IMG/VR virus record: IMGVR_UViG_3300032294_002823
Source of the DNA: a virus
DNA length: 64,000 nucleotides
Strand: one strand, 5' to 3'
Below, piece after piece: positions 37,938 to 47,875 of the stretch. The stretch's first letter is position 1, and each line of letters begins with the position of its first letter. The translations under genes and the position numbers were made by a program. The notes under the pieces were generated by a model. That model did no database searches and had not been told where the DNA came from. It worked only from the letters and a program-made list of their open reading frames with translations.

Positions 37938-38981
37938 ATGAAAGTTGCCATAATCACAGATACACATTTTGGTGCGCGAAATGATTCACAACATTTTGAC
38001 GCCTATTTCCGAAAATTTTATGATGAAGTATTTTTCCCATATCTAGATGAAACGGGAATCAAAACTCTTTTGCATTTAGGGGATGTATTCGATAGAAGAA
38101 AGTACATCAACTTCAATACACTACGTTCATGTAAGGAATATTTTTTCGAGCAACTAAAGATACGTGGTATTGACATGAAGGTGATTCCTGGCAATCATGA
38201 TACATATTATAAGAATACAAATGAAGTGAATAGTTTAGATTTATTGTTACGGGAATATCATAACATTGAAATCATTGAAGACCCAACCATCACACAATTA
38301 GATGGTCGCACAGTATCTTTTATTCCTTGGATGTGTGCAGAGAACTATGATGCCTGTATGAAAGTCATTCAACAACCTGCTGAGTTATGTTTTGGGCATT
38401 TTGAAATTGCCGGATTTGATATGTTTCGTGGGGCAAAGAATGATGGAGGTATGGATAGACAGGTTCTGAAAAACTATTCAATGGTACTCACAGGACATTT
38501 CCATCATCGTAGCACTGATGACAATGTATATTACTTAGGAAGTCCCTATGGGTTCACATGGAGTGACTATGATGATAAACGAGGATTCCATGTATTGGAT
38601 TTAGATACATTGGACCTACAATTAATAGAAAATCCATTTGAAATTTTTCATAAGATTTATTATGATGACCGCGAGAAAACCATTGATGCATCCAAGTATG
38701 CAAAGGCATGTGTGAAATTGATTGTTGTCCATAAAAATGATTATCAAAAATTTGACAAACTGCTTGATGCGTTGTATATTAATGAAGTGATTGAATTAAC
38801 TATCCACGAAGATTTTTCAGAATTTGAGTCTGAGGCATTGGATAGTGAGACGGTGAATATTGAAGATACAATGACACTTCTTTCTGAATATATTGATTCC
38901 GTTGAATCAGCCAAAGACAAGAATAAATTGAAAACGTTGCTGAAAACCTTATACGTTGAGGCACAGAATCTTGAACTATGA
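37938..38981 (+). CDS. gp47: Recombination nuclease gp47 (Mre11/SbcD-like)
   Basis: TDTHFG, LGDVFDRR, GNHD and GHFH. Confidence 0.95.
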   Translation: MKVAIITDTHFGARNDSQHFDAYFRKFYDEVFFPYLDETGIKTLLHLGDVFDRRKYINFNTLRSCKEYFFEQLKIRGIDMKVIPGNHDTYYKNTNEVNSLDLLLREYHNIEIIEDPTITQLDGRTVSFIPWMCAENYDACMKVIQQPAELCFGHFEIAGFDMFRGAKNDGGMDRQVLKNYSMVLTGHFHHRSTDDNVYYLGSPYGFTWSDYDDKRGFHVLDLDTLDLQLIENPFEIFHKIYYDDREKTIDASKYAKACVKLIVVHKNDYQKFDKLLDALYINEVIELTIHEDFSEFESEALDSETVNIEDTMTLLSEYIDSVESAKDKNKLKTLLKTLYVEAQNLEL

Positions 38982-40690
38982 TACATTTTAAAACCGTTCG
39001 ATGGAAAAACTTTCTCTCAACAGGGAATGCATTTACTGAAATAGAACTTAATAGACGCCCCACAACTCTTGTTGTGGGTGAGAATGGTAGTGGCAAAAGT
39101 ACGATGCTTGATGCCATTTGTTTTGCTTTGTTTGGTAAACCTTATCGTAACATTAATAAGCCACAACTTGTCAACACCATTAATGGCAAGCATTGTTTGG
39201 TTGAGATTGAATTTTCTATTGGCGGGAAAAACTATAAAATCAATCGAGGTATCAAGCCTGGTATTTTTGAAATCTGGGTGAATGGTACACTTCTCAATCA
39301 AGATGCTGCATCACGGGACTATCAGAAATATCTTGAAGATAACATTTTGAAATTGAATTTTAAATCATTCACACAAATTGTTATTCTGGGTTCAGCATCA
39401 TTTACTCCCTTCATGCAATTGCCCGCGGCATCTCGGCGTGAGGTGATTGAAGATATTTTGGATATCAAGATATTCACATCCATGAATATTGTGTTGAAGG
39501 ATAAAATCACAGAGTTGAAGAATAAATTACATGATGTCGAAGGAAAAATTTCTGTGGCGAAGTCAAAGGCTGAAATTCAACAAGAGTATATCAAAACGTT
39601 GGAACAAGACCGTGATGCACGAATAGAAGAATTGAACGCTAAGATTCAGGAGGCACTACATGAAATTTCTGAAAAACGTATTTTATGCGATGGTATTGAT
39701 GCTCGAAGAAATGATTATCTTAATAGCATTGGGGACCTATCTAGTATCACAGAAAATCTCCGAGAAGCTGTTCAACAAATCAATGAATATGAAGTAGGTT
39801 CAACAAAACTGGAAAAAGAAATTTCATTCTATCATAACAATGATACATGTCCCAAGTGTAAGCAGGGTATCGGACATGATTTCAAGAATGAAGTAATTCA
39901 AGAACATCAAGGCGAACTCTCACAGATTCATGCACACATCAATGCCATTGAGAACACTAAGAAGGAGTTGGAAGTTCGCTTAAAAGAAATTGGTAACGTC
40001 AATAAAGAAATTTCAAAGCTCACTGATGAAGTGAACACCTTTAAGAATGAAATTAATTCAAGTGAACGATTCATTCAACGCCTAGAGTTGGAAAAGGCGG
40101 ATGTCTCACAGAAAGTTGGAAACATTGAAGTAGAAAAAATGAAGTTGAAAGATTTGGCAAAAGACACCATGGCGATTGTCAAAGACCGATTAGAACTCAA
40201 TGAACAATCTGATTATTATGACATCGCCTCAGTCTTATTGAAAGACTCAGGTATTAAAACAAAAATTATTCGTCAATATTTACCTGCGATAAATAAACTT
40301 GTGAATAAGTTCTTAACGTCTATGGACTTCTTCGTACAGTTTACTTTAGATGAGAAATTTGATGAAGTTATTAAATCGCGCTATCGGGATGATTTTAGTT
40401 ATGAAAGCTTTAGTGAAGGCGAGAAACAAAGAATTGACTTGGCGCTTCTTTTTACGTGGCGTACAATCGCCAAGCTCAAGAATTCTGCTAGTACTAATCT
40501 CCTTATCCTTGATGAAGTATTTGATAGCAGTTTAGATACAACTGCAACCGAATATGTCATGCAACTATTAAACACGTTGGGTGATGGGACAAACGTATGG
40601 GTCATCTCTCATAAAGGCGACCAATTGTTTGATAAGTTCACGCATGTCGTGAAATTTACAAAGAAACAAAACTTTTCTGTTATTGTATAA
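38978..40690 (+). CDS. gp46: Recombination ATPase gp46 (Rad50/SbcC-like)
   Basis: GENGSGKS, CPKC hook, FSEGEKQRID and LILDEVFD. Confidence 0.96.
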   Translation: MIHFKTVRWKNFLSTGNAFTEIELNRRPTTLVVGENGSGKSTMLDAICFALFGKPYRNINKPQLVNTINGKHCLVEIEFSIGGKNYKINRGIKPGIFEIWVNGTLLNQDAASRDYQKYLEDNILKLNFKSFTQIVILGSASFTPFMQLPAASRREVIEDILDIKIFTSMNIVLKDKITELKNKLHDVEGKISVAKSKAEIQQEYIKTLEQDRDARIEELNAKIQEALHEISEKRILCDGIDARRNDYLNSIGDLSSITENLREAVQQINEYEVGSTKLEKEISFYHNNDTCPKCKQGIGHDFKNEVIQEHQGELSQIHAHINAIENTKKELEVRLKEIGNVNKEISKLTDEVNTFKNEINSSERFIQRLELEKADVSQKVGNIEVEKMKLKDLAKDTMAIVKDRLELNEQSDYYDIASVLLKDSGIKTKIIRQYLPAINKLVNKFLTSMDFFVQFTLDEKFDEVIKSRYRDDFSYESFSEGEKQRIDLALLFTWRTIAKLKNSASTNLLILDEVFDSSLDTTATEYVMQLLNTLGDGTNVWVISHKGDQLFDKFTHVVKFTKKQNFSVIV

Positions 40691-40699
40691 CGAGGACCT

Positions 40700-41236
40700 A
40701 TGACTTTGAAACTTGAAGATTTGCAATTAATTCATTTTGCTGACCCACGTATGACCACAAAGCCCCCTGAGTTTGATTTCCAGAAGGATGGCGATATTGC
40801 AGAGGAGTTGGCAACGATACTCCATAAGCGAATGTTACAGTTGGGAGGATTAGGATTATCAGCCAATCAAGTGGGCTTACCTTATCGTGTGTTTGTGTTT
40901 GGCAATGCCGAACAGCGATATGCCTTATTCAATCCCATTGTGATTGGTGTAAGTAAGGAACAGACCACGATGGAAGAAGGATGCCTGTCATTCCCAGGAT
41001 TCATGTTGACATTACAGCGTCCATCTGAAGTTACCGTGGAATATCAAGATGTGTCTGGCACAACTCAACGCATGTCATTTAAGAATATTGCTGCGCGTGT
41101 GGTGTTACATGAATATGACCACATGGAAGGATTAAACTTCACACATCATGCATCAAACTTTAAGTTGCGTTGGGAACTAAATAAATTAAAGAAGAAGAAC
41201 AAGAAACTTCAACGCAGGATGAAACATGGCAAGTAA
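40700..41236 (+). CDS. def: Peptide deformylase
   Basis: GLGLSANQ, EGCLS and HEYDH. Confidence 0.93.
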   Translation: MTLKLEDLQLIHFADPRMTTKPPEFDFQKDGDIAEELATILHKRMLQLGGLGLSANQVGLPYRVFVFGNAEQRYALFNPIVIGVSKEQTTMEEGCLSFPGFMLTLQRPSEVTVEYQDVSGTTQRMSFKNIAARVVLHEYDHMEGLNFTHHASNFKLRWELNKLKKKNKKLQRRMKHGK

Positions 41237-41609
41237 TGATTTTGATTTTGGCTTTACATTCGCAGACGATGAATTTTCTTCATCCGCCACATCGTCAGGC
41301 ACACCTCAACCTGCCATTGTTGACCCAGAATTTAAAGATGAACTTTTTCTAAAGATTCAAAAATTAGAGCAACAAATTGAAGCTCTAACTGAAGGTGATA
41401 CAAATGATTTGATTGAACAGCATAAACAATTACTAACAAAAGAAATACGTGGCAAGTTACAAGAAGTTGAACAATTGATCCTCCCGCTTCTTTACAATCT
41501 GCAAAAGAATCCTGACAAGGAATATATTCATTGGCCGAATCGTAAAGACATTATTCAAAAACAAATTGAACGTATTCAACAGGTGACGAGACATTATGGA
41601 CAAGACTGA
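41226..41609 (+). CDS. Conserved phage hypothetical protein
   Basis: DFDFGFTF...ILPLLYNLQKNPDKEYIHWPNR. Confidence 0.7.
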   Translation: MASNDFDFGFTFADDEFSSSATSSGTPQPAIVDPEFKDELFLKIQKLEQQIEALTEGDTNDLIEQHKQLLTKEIRGKLQEVEQLILPLLYNLQKNPDKEYIHWPNRKDIIQKQIERIQQVTRHYGQD

Positions 41610-42219
41610 AATTATGGCAGGTAATAATATTACCGCTTTTACCGACCGCCCTATCTCAAAGGTGCACAAATTCTATTTGTCGGGAGATATTAAATCACCC
41701 GCTGAATATGTACAATGGTTTGAAACCATTAGAAATTCAAGTGAGAATGATGTGATTGTCGTTCACATTAATAGTTATGGTGGCGACTTATTTACGGCAA
41801 TTCAATTTATGCGTGTATTTGCTGAATCAAAGGCAAATGTTGTGGCATCAGTTGAAGGTGCATGTATGAGTGCTGCTACAATCATTTTCCTTTCTGCCAA
41901 GCATTGGGAGATTAGTAATCATTCCATGTTCATGTTTCATAACTATACCAGCGCAACCATTGGCAAGGGCGGCGAAATGTATGACAACATAATCCATGAA
42001 CGCAAGTGGAGTGAAAAACTTTGGCAGGATATCTACAGTGGGTTTTTAACAGCAAATGAAATTAAATCAATTCTTGATAGCAAAGATATTTGGATGTCAG
42101 GTGAAGAGGTTTCGAAGCGGTTACAAGAAAAATTTGCACCGAAATCTCTGAGAACGCCTAAGAAAACCCCTAAAAAAGTCACGAAAACAGTAAAAACCAA
42201 GAAGAAATCAGTTTCGTAA
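41596..42219 (+). CDS. clpP: ClpP-like serine protease (S14)
   Basis: HINSYGGD, CMSAAT (catalytic Ser), MFMFH and D.W; Lys-rich tail. Confidence 0.8.
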   Translation: MDKTEIMAGNNITAFTDRPISKVHKFYLSGDIKSPAEYVQWFETIRNSSENDVIVVHINSYGGDLFTAIQFMRVFAESKANVVASVEGACMSAATIIFLSAKHWEISNHSMFMFHNYTSATIGKGGEMYDNIIHERKWSEKLWQDIYSGFLTANEIKSILDSKDIWMSGEEVSKRLQEKFAPKSLRTPKKTPKKVTKTVKTKKKSVS

Positions 42220-42279
42220 GTGCTTATTTTTCAATAACTTACGTCAGGGCTTGACAAACGGCTTATCGGGTGCTAGATT
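42215..42279 (+). promoter_or_regulatory. Early promoter with upstream 29-bp operator (inverted copy)
   Basis: cgtaagtgcttatttttcaataacttacg, then GGGC-TTGACA-N17-TAGATT. Confidence 0.8.
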
Positions 42280-42322
42280 ACTAGTATCCGATAAGCCTTC
42301 GTGACCTTCAAAGAGGTATACT

Positions 42323-44584
42323 ATGTCGAACGTCCTAGACAACACAAAGTCAACCCTAGGCAAGCTCCTAGCGGCAGAAAATATTCGCATCGAGCATCGG
42401 CAGGTTCGAGGCCCCAGCTTCGATGTTAAGAACCGAGTTCTGGTTCTCCCCATCTGGAAGGAAATTGACGCTGACCTGTATGACCTCATGATTGGTCACG
42501 AGGTTGGTCATGCTCTCTACACACCTACCGATGGTTGGATGGATCGGGTACAGGAGCACGGAAAGAATTTCAAGGGTATTCTTAATGTTGTTGAGGATGC
42601 TCGTATTGAAAAGCTCATGAAGCGTAAGTTTCCGGGTCTGCGGAAGCCCATGTATAATGGATACACCCAGCTTGTGGAGCGCGGGTTCTTCGGTGTCGGT
42701 CTGGATGATATGAAGCATCTCCCGTTTGCTGACCGTGTGAACGTGCATTTCAAGCTCGGTCCTCGCGCAGGTATTACATTTACGGATGCTGAGCAAAATC
42801 TTGTTTCTCGTATTGAGAATGCCGAGACATGGGATGAGGTGATGTCCTTGTCTGAGGAGCTGTTTGCGGCAGCGGATGGTGAGTTCAATGATATTTCCGA
42901 TGACATTTTCGACAACCTCGATGCTCTGTCTGACGCCATTGACAACATGGATGAAGGCGGCGAGGGCGAGGGCACGGGCGAAGGGTATGGTGAATATTCC
43001 AGCGATACTCCAGGTAGTGGCAAGACGCTGCAGGATGTTATAGACCAGCTTCGCGCCGCAGGTAAGGATAATGCTGCCGACAAGCTGGAACGCATGTCTA
43101 AGAGCAATGCCTATCGTAGGATGATGACGGAATGGGCTGAGAATCAGGAAATGGGATCCATCACTGACGAGGCTCTTGAGGCTAATCAGGAAAAGCTCAT
43201 TGATGAGGATGCCTATCCTAATACATATATTTTCTGGCCTGAATTGAATCACAAGGATTATGTAATCCCTGCCCGTGTGGTGCATCAGCAGATGCGGTCT
43301 GAATACAAGCCGGAATATTTGGCGAAGGAGAATGACCTATACAACACCTTCATGAGCACCAATCGTAATTACATTAAGTATTTGGTTAAGGAGTTTGAGC
43401 TAAAGCGAAATGCCAAGCAGTTCGCCAAGGCGCGTGTTAGCAAGACGGGTAAGCTGAACACAGAAAAACTTTGGCGCTATCAGATTTCAGAGGATCTGTT
43501 CCTACAGTCAACCGAAATTCCCAATGGGAAGAATCATGGAATGCTTATGGTTATTGATTTGTCAAGTTCCATGACTGAAAACATGGCAGGTACCATTGAG
43601 CAAATCATTAATCTTTCCATGTTTTGCCGAAAGGTGAATATCCCCTTCGATGTGTATGGGTTCATTGAGACCTCAGCTGAAAAGGATTTCATGTTGTCGG
43701 GTATTACACGCTCTGAGAGCAAGCATCCAATTTTCGGTACGATGTATCGCACATGTCCTAACGACAATCGTGACCGATCCATTCAAATTAACAATGTTGA
43801 TTTTCGCTTGAAGCAGTTGCTCCATTACAACATGGGTGCTGCAGAATTTAACGTGTCGGTGAAAAATCTTCTTCTCTTGGCGAACGCCTATAAGCGTTCA
43901 GCAAACTATTACTATTATTCTTCAAGCTACCACCATGTTCCCCCTTCGATGCATTTGGGTGGGACTCCATTGAACGAAGCTGTTTTGGTTCTTCGCTCGC
44001 TTGCTGAGGAATTCAAGAAAAACACCCGTGTGGAAATTCTAAACACGGTACTGCTTACTGACGGTGATGCATCATATGGATTGCCGTTCAAGGATGGTGA
44101 GCAGATGGGTAACGCCGGTGGAATGTACCGGGGTCGGATTGTGATTGAGGATCGCAAGACAAAGAAGCAGGTCATGGTGTCGAAGTGTGGTAACATCACG
44201 TTGGCACTTCTTGAAATGTATCGGCAGCATACAGGTTCGCGGGTGGTGGGTTTCTATCTGATGTCAGGTCGCAACTATCGCAGTCAGGTGATGGGAACCT
44301 TGACGCGAAATAATCCTGAATTCAATCAGGAAGTGTTCGATAAGCAGTATGCCGATGAATTCGCAAAGTACAAGTATTTCGGTATGAAGCTCGCCGGGTA
44401 TGATGTATACTACATGGTGCCAGGTGATGAACTAGAAGTTGAAGATGTGGATATGGATACAGTCCTCAAGAGCTACAAGGATGGCTCAAAGAAGGGGTCT
44501 CTGCTCAAGGCATTTAAGAAAATGCAAAATACGAAAATGATTTCGCGGGTATTCTTAAATAGGTTCATTGAACAGATGGCGTAA
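42323..44584 (+). CDS. CobT-like protein: HExxH metallopeptidase-like N-domain, acidic linker and VWA domain
   Basis: GHEVGHAL and NVVEDARIE; VIDLSSSM MIDAS; GGTPL; LLTDG. Confidence 0.8.
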   Translation: MSNVLDNTKSTLGKLLAAENIRIEHRQVRGPSFDVKNRVLVLPIWKEIDADLYDLMIGHEVGHALYTPTDGWMDRVQEHGKNFKGILNVVEDARIEKLMKRKFPGLRKPMYNGYTQLVERGFFGVGLDDMKHLPFADRVNVHFKLGPRAGITFTDAEQNLVSRIENAETWDEVMSLSEELFAAADGEFNDISDDIFDNLDALSDAIDNMDEGGEGEGTGEGYGEYSSDTPGSGKTLQDVIDQLRAAGKDNAADKLERMSKSNAYRRMMTEWAENQEMGSITDEALEANQEKLIDEDAYPNTYIFWPELNHKDYVIPARVVHQQMRSEYKPEYLAKENDLYNTFMSTNRNYIKYLVKEFELKRNAKQFAKARVSKTGKLNTEKLWRYQISEDLFLQSTEIPNGKNHGMLMVIDLSSSMTENMAGTIEQIINLSMFCRKVNIPFDVYGFIETSAEKDFMLSGITRSESKHPIFGTMYRTCPNDNRDRSIQINNVDFRLKQLLHYNMGAAEFNVSVKNLLLLANAYKRSANYYYYSSSYHHVPPSMHLGGTPLNEAVLVLRSLAEEFKKNTRVEILNTVLLTDGDASYGLPFKDGEQMGNAGGMYRGRIVIEDRKTKKQVMVSKCGNITLALLEMYRQHTGSRVVGFYLMSGRNYRSQVMGTLTRNNPEFNQEVFDKQYADEFAKYKYFGMKLAGYDVYYMVPGDELEVEDVDMDTVLKSYKDGSKKGSLLKAFKKMQNTKMISRVFLNRFIEQMA

Positions 44585-44591
44585 TACTGTG

Positions 44592-44663
44592 AAGCCCTAC
44601 GTAAGTTGTTGAAAAATAAGCACTTACGTAGGGCTTGACAGACGAGAGAAATGGTGTTATATT
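44592..44663 (+). promoter_or_regulatory. Early promoter with 29-bp operator inside a perfect 15-bp inverted repeat
   Basis: aagccctacgtaagt...acttacgtagggctt; TTGACA-N17-TATATT with extended TG. Confidence 0.85.
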
Positions 44664-44715
44664 TATAGTATAATCTGAGATGTACACTTCATCATTCAAG
44701 CACACAGGAGTAAAC

Positions 44716-45846
44716 ATGACCCGACTCATTGATGCCCTTCGCGCTACTGGTAAGACCGAGTTTTCTCGTCCTGATGTTCTCACGGTCGCCCGTGAGGTGG
44801 GTGAAAGTCCCAATGTGTTTTTGAATGACCCAGCATACAAGGTTCGGCGTGGCGTCTATGCCATCACGCCTACAAGCACTGGAAACTATACGCCTATTCA
44901 GGCAGAGGCACCTATTGTGAGTAATGCATCTACAATGTATCTATCGCAGCCGAAGCTCAAGATTGAGGTGGACAACCTTGTACCAAACAAGGATAGCACT
45001 TATGTACCTTTCGGGTTTCATAAGGATCTCATGACCATCATCGCCTCCAAGCAATTCTATCCCGTGTTCATTACAGGATTGTCTGGTAATGGTAAGACCA
45101 CCATGGTGGAGCAGGTGTGTGCCGCATTGAAGCGTGAGTGTATCCGCGTCAACGTCACCATTGAAACTGACGAGGATGACCTCATTGGAGGTAATACTCT
45201 TGTGGATGGCAACGTGGTGTATCGTGAAGGTCCCGTGACCATTGGGATGAAGCGCGGCGCTGTGGTCATTCTGGACGAGAGCGACCGCGGCAGTAACAAG
45301 CTGATGTGCCTACAGGCAATCCTTGAAGGAAAGCCGTATTTCAATAAAAAGACGGGCGAGATTATTCACCCTGCCCCAGGTTTCAATATCGTGGCAACGG
45401 GTAACACCAAGGGTCAGGGCTCTGACGATGGTAAGTACATGTCCGCACAGATTCTGGACGATGCACTCCTCGAGCGTTTCGCCGTGACCATCGAACAGGA
45501 GTATCCTAACTCCCGGGTGGAGAAGAAGATTATCATGAAGAAGATGGAGCGTGTGGAGAAGGTGGACGAGGATTTCGCCGACAAGCTGGTGGCATGGGCA
45601 GAAATCATTCGTAAGACGTTCATGGAGGGTGCTGTGGATGAACTCATCTCCACGCGGCGTCTGGAGCATATCGTGAACGCCTACGCTATGTTTGGTGACC
45701 GTCTCAAGGCAATCAACCTCTGTATTGCCCGATTCAATTCTGAGACCAAGGCGAGCTTTCTCGACCTCTACACAAAGGTGGATGCAGGTGTCACGATGAC
45801 CCCAGCCGAACAGGCTGAGGGTTATCCCGATGATATTCCCTTCTAA
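44716..45846 (+). CDS. MoxR/CobS-like AAA+ ATPase
   Basis: GLSGNGKT, ILDE, ATGNTKG, ALLERF and ISTRRL; SD aggag. Confidence 0.88.
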   Translation: MTRLIDALRATGKTEFSRPDVLTVAREVGESPNVFLNDPAYKVRRGVYAITPTSTGNYTPIQAEAPIVSNASTMYLSQPKLKIEVDNLVPNKDSTYVPFGFHKDLMTIIASKQFYPVFITGLSGNGKTTMVEQVCAALKRECIRVNVTIETDEDDLIGGNTLVDGNVVYREGPVTIGMKRGAVVILDESDRGSNKLMCLQAILEGKPYFNKKTGEIIHPAPGFNIVATGNTKGQGSDDGKYMSAQILDDALLERFAVTIEQEYPNSRVEKKIIMKKMERVEKVDEDFADKLVAWAEIIRKTFMEGAVDELISTRRLEHIVNAYAMFGDRLKAINLCIARFNSETKASFLDLYTKVDAGVTMTPAEQAEGYPDDIPF

Positions 45847-45856
45847 TAGGTGATAT

Positions 45857-46165
45857 ATGGAAAACCCGTGGAAGGACAAGTATCTCGCTGAAGCCGCGAA
45901 GCACGACGAGACGGTGCGGAAACTTGCAGCACTGACTTCACACCTGAACCAAGTGCATGAGGAACTAGGCGGCACCGACACTGTTCTGACGCTGGAAGCC
46001 GCGCAGCTCGTCATGGTCCGCCTCGCCGCGTGTGAGCGGGTGGTGAAGGCGGCACGGGCTGTCGTGTTGGACGCACGAGCGCAGCACGGATACGACCAGT
46101 ACGCTGTCGGTACTGCGACCATTGATGCCCTCCGCGCCGCCGTCACCGCCGAGACACAGGAGTAA
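45857..46165 (+). CDS. Hypothetical protein, GC-rich (likely recent acquisition)
   Basis: ORF with SD aggtg; 43/60 G+C in 46021-46080 against 16/60 in 46201-46260. Confidence 0.6.
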   Translation: MENPWKDKYLAEAAKHDETVRKLAALTSHLNQVHEELGGTDTVLTLEAAQLVMVRLAACERVVKAARAVVLDARAQHGYDQYAVGTATIDALRAAVTAETQE

Positions 46166-46167
46166 GT

Positions 46168-46779
46168 ATGGAAAACCCAATGGTGAATTATTCTAAAATC
46201 ATCGCTGAAACAAATAGTAAAATGTATAATGTTCGGGATGAATATAAGAATAATAGTGTTGAAGAAAACATTGCCATTTGCAATAAGGAACACTTGAAGT
46301 TCTCGGTGGGGTGTATTAACATTACAGGAGAACTCAACATTGGGATGATGATTCGGTCAGCGTGTCTATTGGGTGCAGAGAATTTCTATATCTTTGGGCG
46401 TAATAAGTTTGACAGACGCAGCACAGTTGGTGCTGAGAATTATATTAACATCGTTCAATATAGTTATGACGACCCGATACACGCCGACGCCGAAATCAAT
46501 GAACGATTGGAATATATGTTGAAGTGGAACACTGTGGTGTTGTGTGAACAGGGCGGCGATGAAATTGGATCACGAAAAATGGCGTTGAAATATTCGGAAG
46601 AAATAATAAATCCGTTGTTCGTATTCGGTTCAGAGAGTCATGGTATTCCTCCGCTGATAACTACTAATGAACACTTTTATAAAGTGAGTATTCCTCAACG
46701 TGGAGTCCTTCGTTCGTTTAACGTGAGTGCTGCCATGAATATCATTGTGTGGGATTACATCAAGGAAATGCATCTATGA
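46168..46779 (+). CDS. SpoU/TrmH-family RNA 2'-O-methyltransferase
   Basis: NIGMMIRSA, VFGSESHG and IPQRGVLRSFNVSAA SPOUT motifs. Confidence 0.88.
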   Translation: MENPMVNYSKIIAETNSKMYNVRDEYKNNSVEENIAICNKEHLKFSVGCINITGELNIGMMIRSACLLGAENFYIFGRNKFDRRSTVGAENYINIVQYSYDDPIHADAEINERLEYMLKWNTVVLCEQGGDEIGSRKMALKYSEEIINPLFVFGSESHGIPPLITTNEHFYKVSIPQRGVLRSFNVSAAMNIIVWDYIKEMHL

Positions 46780-47048
46780 ACTTGACAAAACTTAAAGAAG
46801 CGGGTGTACTATTTTTAATTCAGCTCTTGAATTATTCCATATGGTGTATTAACTTTCGTGCAGTTGCCGATACACATTATCATACCGCAGCAGCCAGTGA
46901 TTTTATGCTCGCGTCTATACAATTTTTTGTGATTCGAAAAATTGCTCAGGGTCAAGATAAGTGGCATCAATGGTTGGGATATGCCTTGGGTAGTGTGGGT
47001 GGTAGTTACTTAGGTATTTGGATTTCTGCAACATTCTTTAATGGTTAA
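46776..47048 (+). CDS. Small membrane protein
   Basis: Hydrophobic segments; GYALGSVGGSYLGIWI. Confidence 0.6.
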   Translation: MNLTKLKEAGVLFLIQLLNYSIWCINFRAVADTHYHTAAASDFMLASIQFFVIRKIAQGQDKWHQWLGYALGSVGGSYLGIWISATFFNG

Positions 47049-47059
47049 GAGGAGCTTTA

Positions 47060-47329
47060 ATGATTTGCCCAATCTGTAAAGAACAAGATATGAAAAGTCA
47101 TGTTTTCATCATCAATACAAGTTCAGAAAATACAGGAGAGGTATTTCAATACTTTGACGAGGAAGGGAAGTGGCATAATCATATAGACATGATTACAATT
47201 ATTAAATACAGGTGCCACAATTATCATTATTTTCAAAAGATTGAAAAACCAAAATGTTGGTGTATGTCACAAGAAGGTGTAATAGAAATATTACCATACG
47301 AACCTACAGAAGAAGAACGAAAAAAATAA
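47060..47329 (+). CDS. Hypothetical Cys/His (zinc-binding-like) protein
   Basis: CPIC...C..YH...CWC; SD gaggag. Confidence 0.6.
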   Translation: MICPICKEQDMKSHVFIINTSSENTGEVFQYFDEEGKWHNHIDMITIIKYRCHNYHYFQKIEKPKCWCMSQEGVIEILPYEPTEEERKK

Positions 47330-47342
47330 TCGGAGAAGATGT

Positions 47343-47510
47343 ATGGTCTTGACAAAGGACGAACTACTTGTTATGTTAAAGAAGGCCTATTTACGAGGCG
47401 TGTGGGAACACGCAGAACAAAAAGTAAAGTCGCGTGTTGATATGAAGGGTCCATACCGGATGTTAACTATTCCGGATTCTGTTGTTGAAGATTTAATTGA
47501 GGAGAAATAA
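47343..47510 (+). CDS. Small hypothetical protein (55 aa, absent from the ORF track)
   Basis: Manual translation MVLTKDELLVMLKKAYLRGVWEH...EDLIEEK*; SD ggag; fills the gap between its neighbours. Confidence 0.6.
   Translation: MVLTKDELLVMLKKAYLRGVWEHAEQKVKSRVDMKGPYRMLTIPDSVVEDLIEEK
47349..47377 (+). promoter_or_regulatory. sigma70-type promoter embedded in the small ORF
   Basis: TTGACA-N17-TATGTT with extended TG. Confidence 0.6.
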
Positions 47511-47512
47511 TT

Positions 47513-47875
47513 ATGGCTAAGGCAGCATCACCGAGGTATCCCACGTTTGTTGTGTATGAAGGATATGACAGGGCTCTTGCTCTAGAGTCAGTGGGAAAGG
47601 GTTGGGCATCACTCATCAATGAAGTATTTGATTTCATTGAACAGCAAAAGATTACGAACATTCGTATTATCCAAGTGAAGGAGAAGTGGGGCGGACTTCG
47701 CATCTACACCGACCTGATTCATGATGTTTTGGATGAAAAAATTCGTGACGCTGAACGGCGTAGCTTTACAATTTGTGAAGTCTCAGGCGCACCGGGCAAG
47801 CTCCGTAACTGCAATGGATGGTATCGCACGTTGTCTGATGTTGAAGGTGGACAATATCCTGTGGTACAGGCATAA
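47513..47875 (+). CDS. Conserved phage hypothetical protein
   Basis: GW..LI, QVKEKWGGLRIY and ICEVSG.PG motifs. Confidence 0.7.
   Translation: MAKAASPRYPTFVVYEGYDRALALESVGKGWASLINEVFDFIEQQKITNIRIIQVKEKWGGLRIYTDLIHDVLDEKIRDAERRSFTICEVSGAPGKLRNCNGWYRTLSDVEGGQYPVVQA

Noticed and set aside
42323-45846. Cobalamin biosynthesis (cobST) as an auxiliary metabolic function
   Set aside because: No cobN or other B12 genes in the window; the architecture is a generic MoxR/VWA pair.
42368-46293. Minus-strand ORFs 42368..43285 and 45310..46293
   Set aside because: Antisense to well-supported genes in a GC-richer region where stops are rarer; no recognisable domains.
46782-46812. TTGACA sites at 46782, 21834 and 63647 as promoters
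   Set aside because: No acceptable -10 box at 16-18 bp spacing.
47330-47512. Possible ncRNA or tRNA in the apparent gap
   Set aside because: Explained by a 55-codon ORF with an SD; no cloverleaf found.
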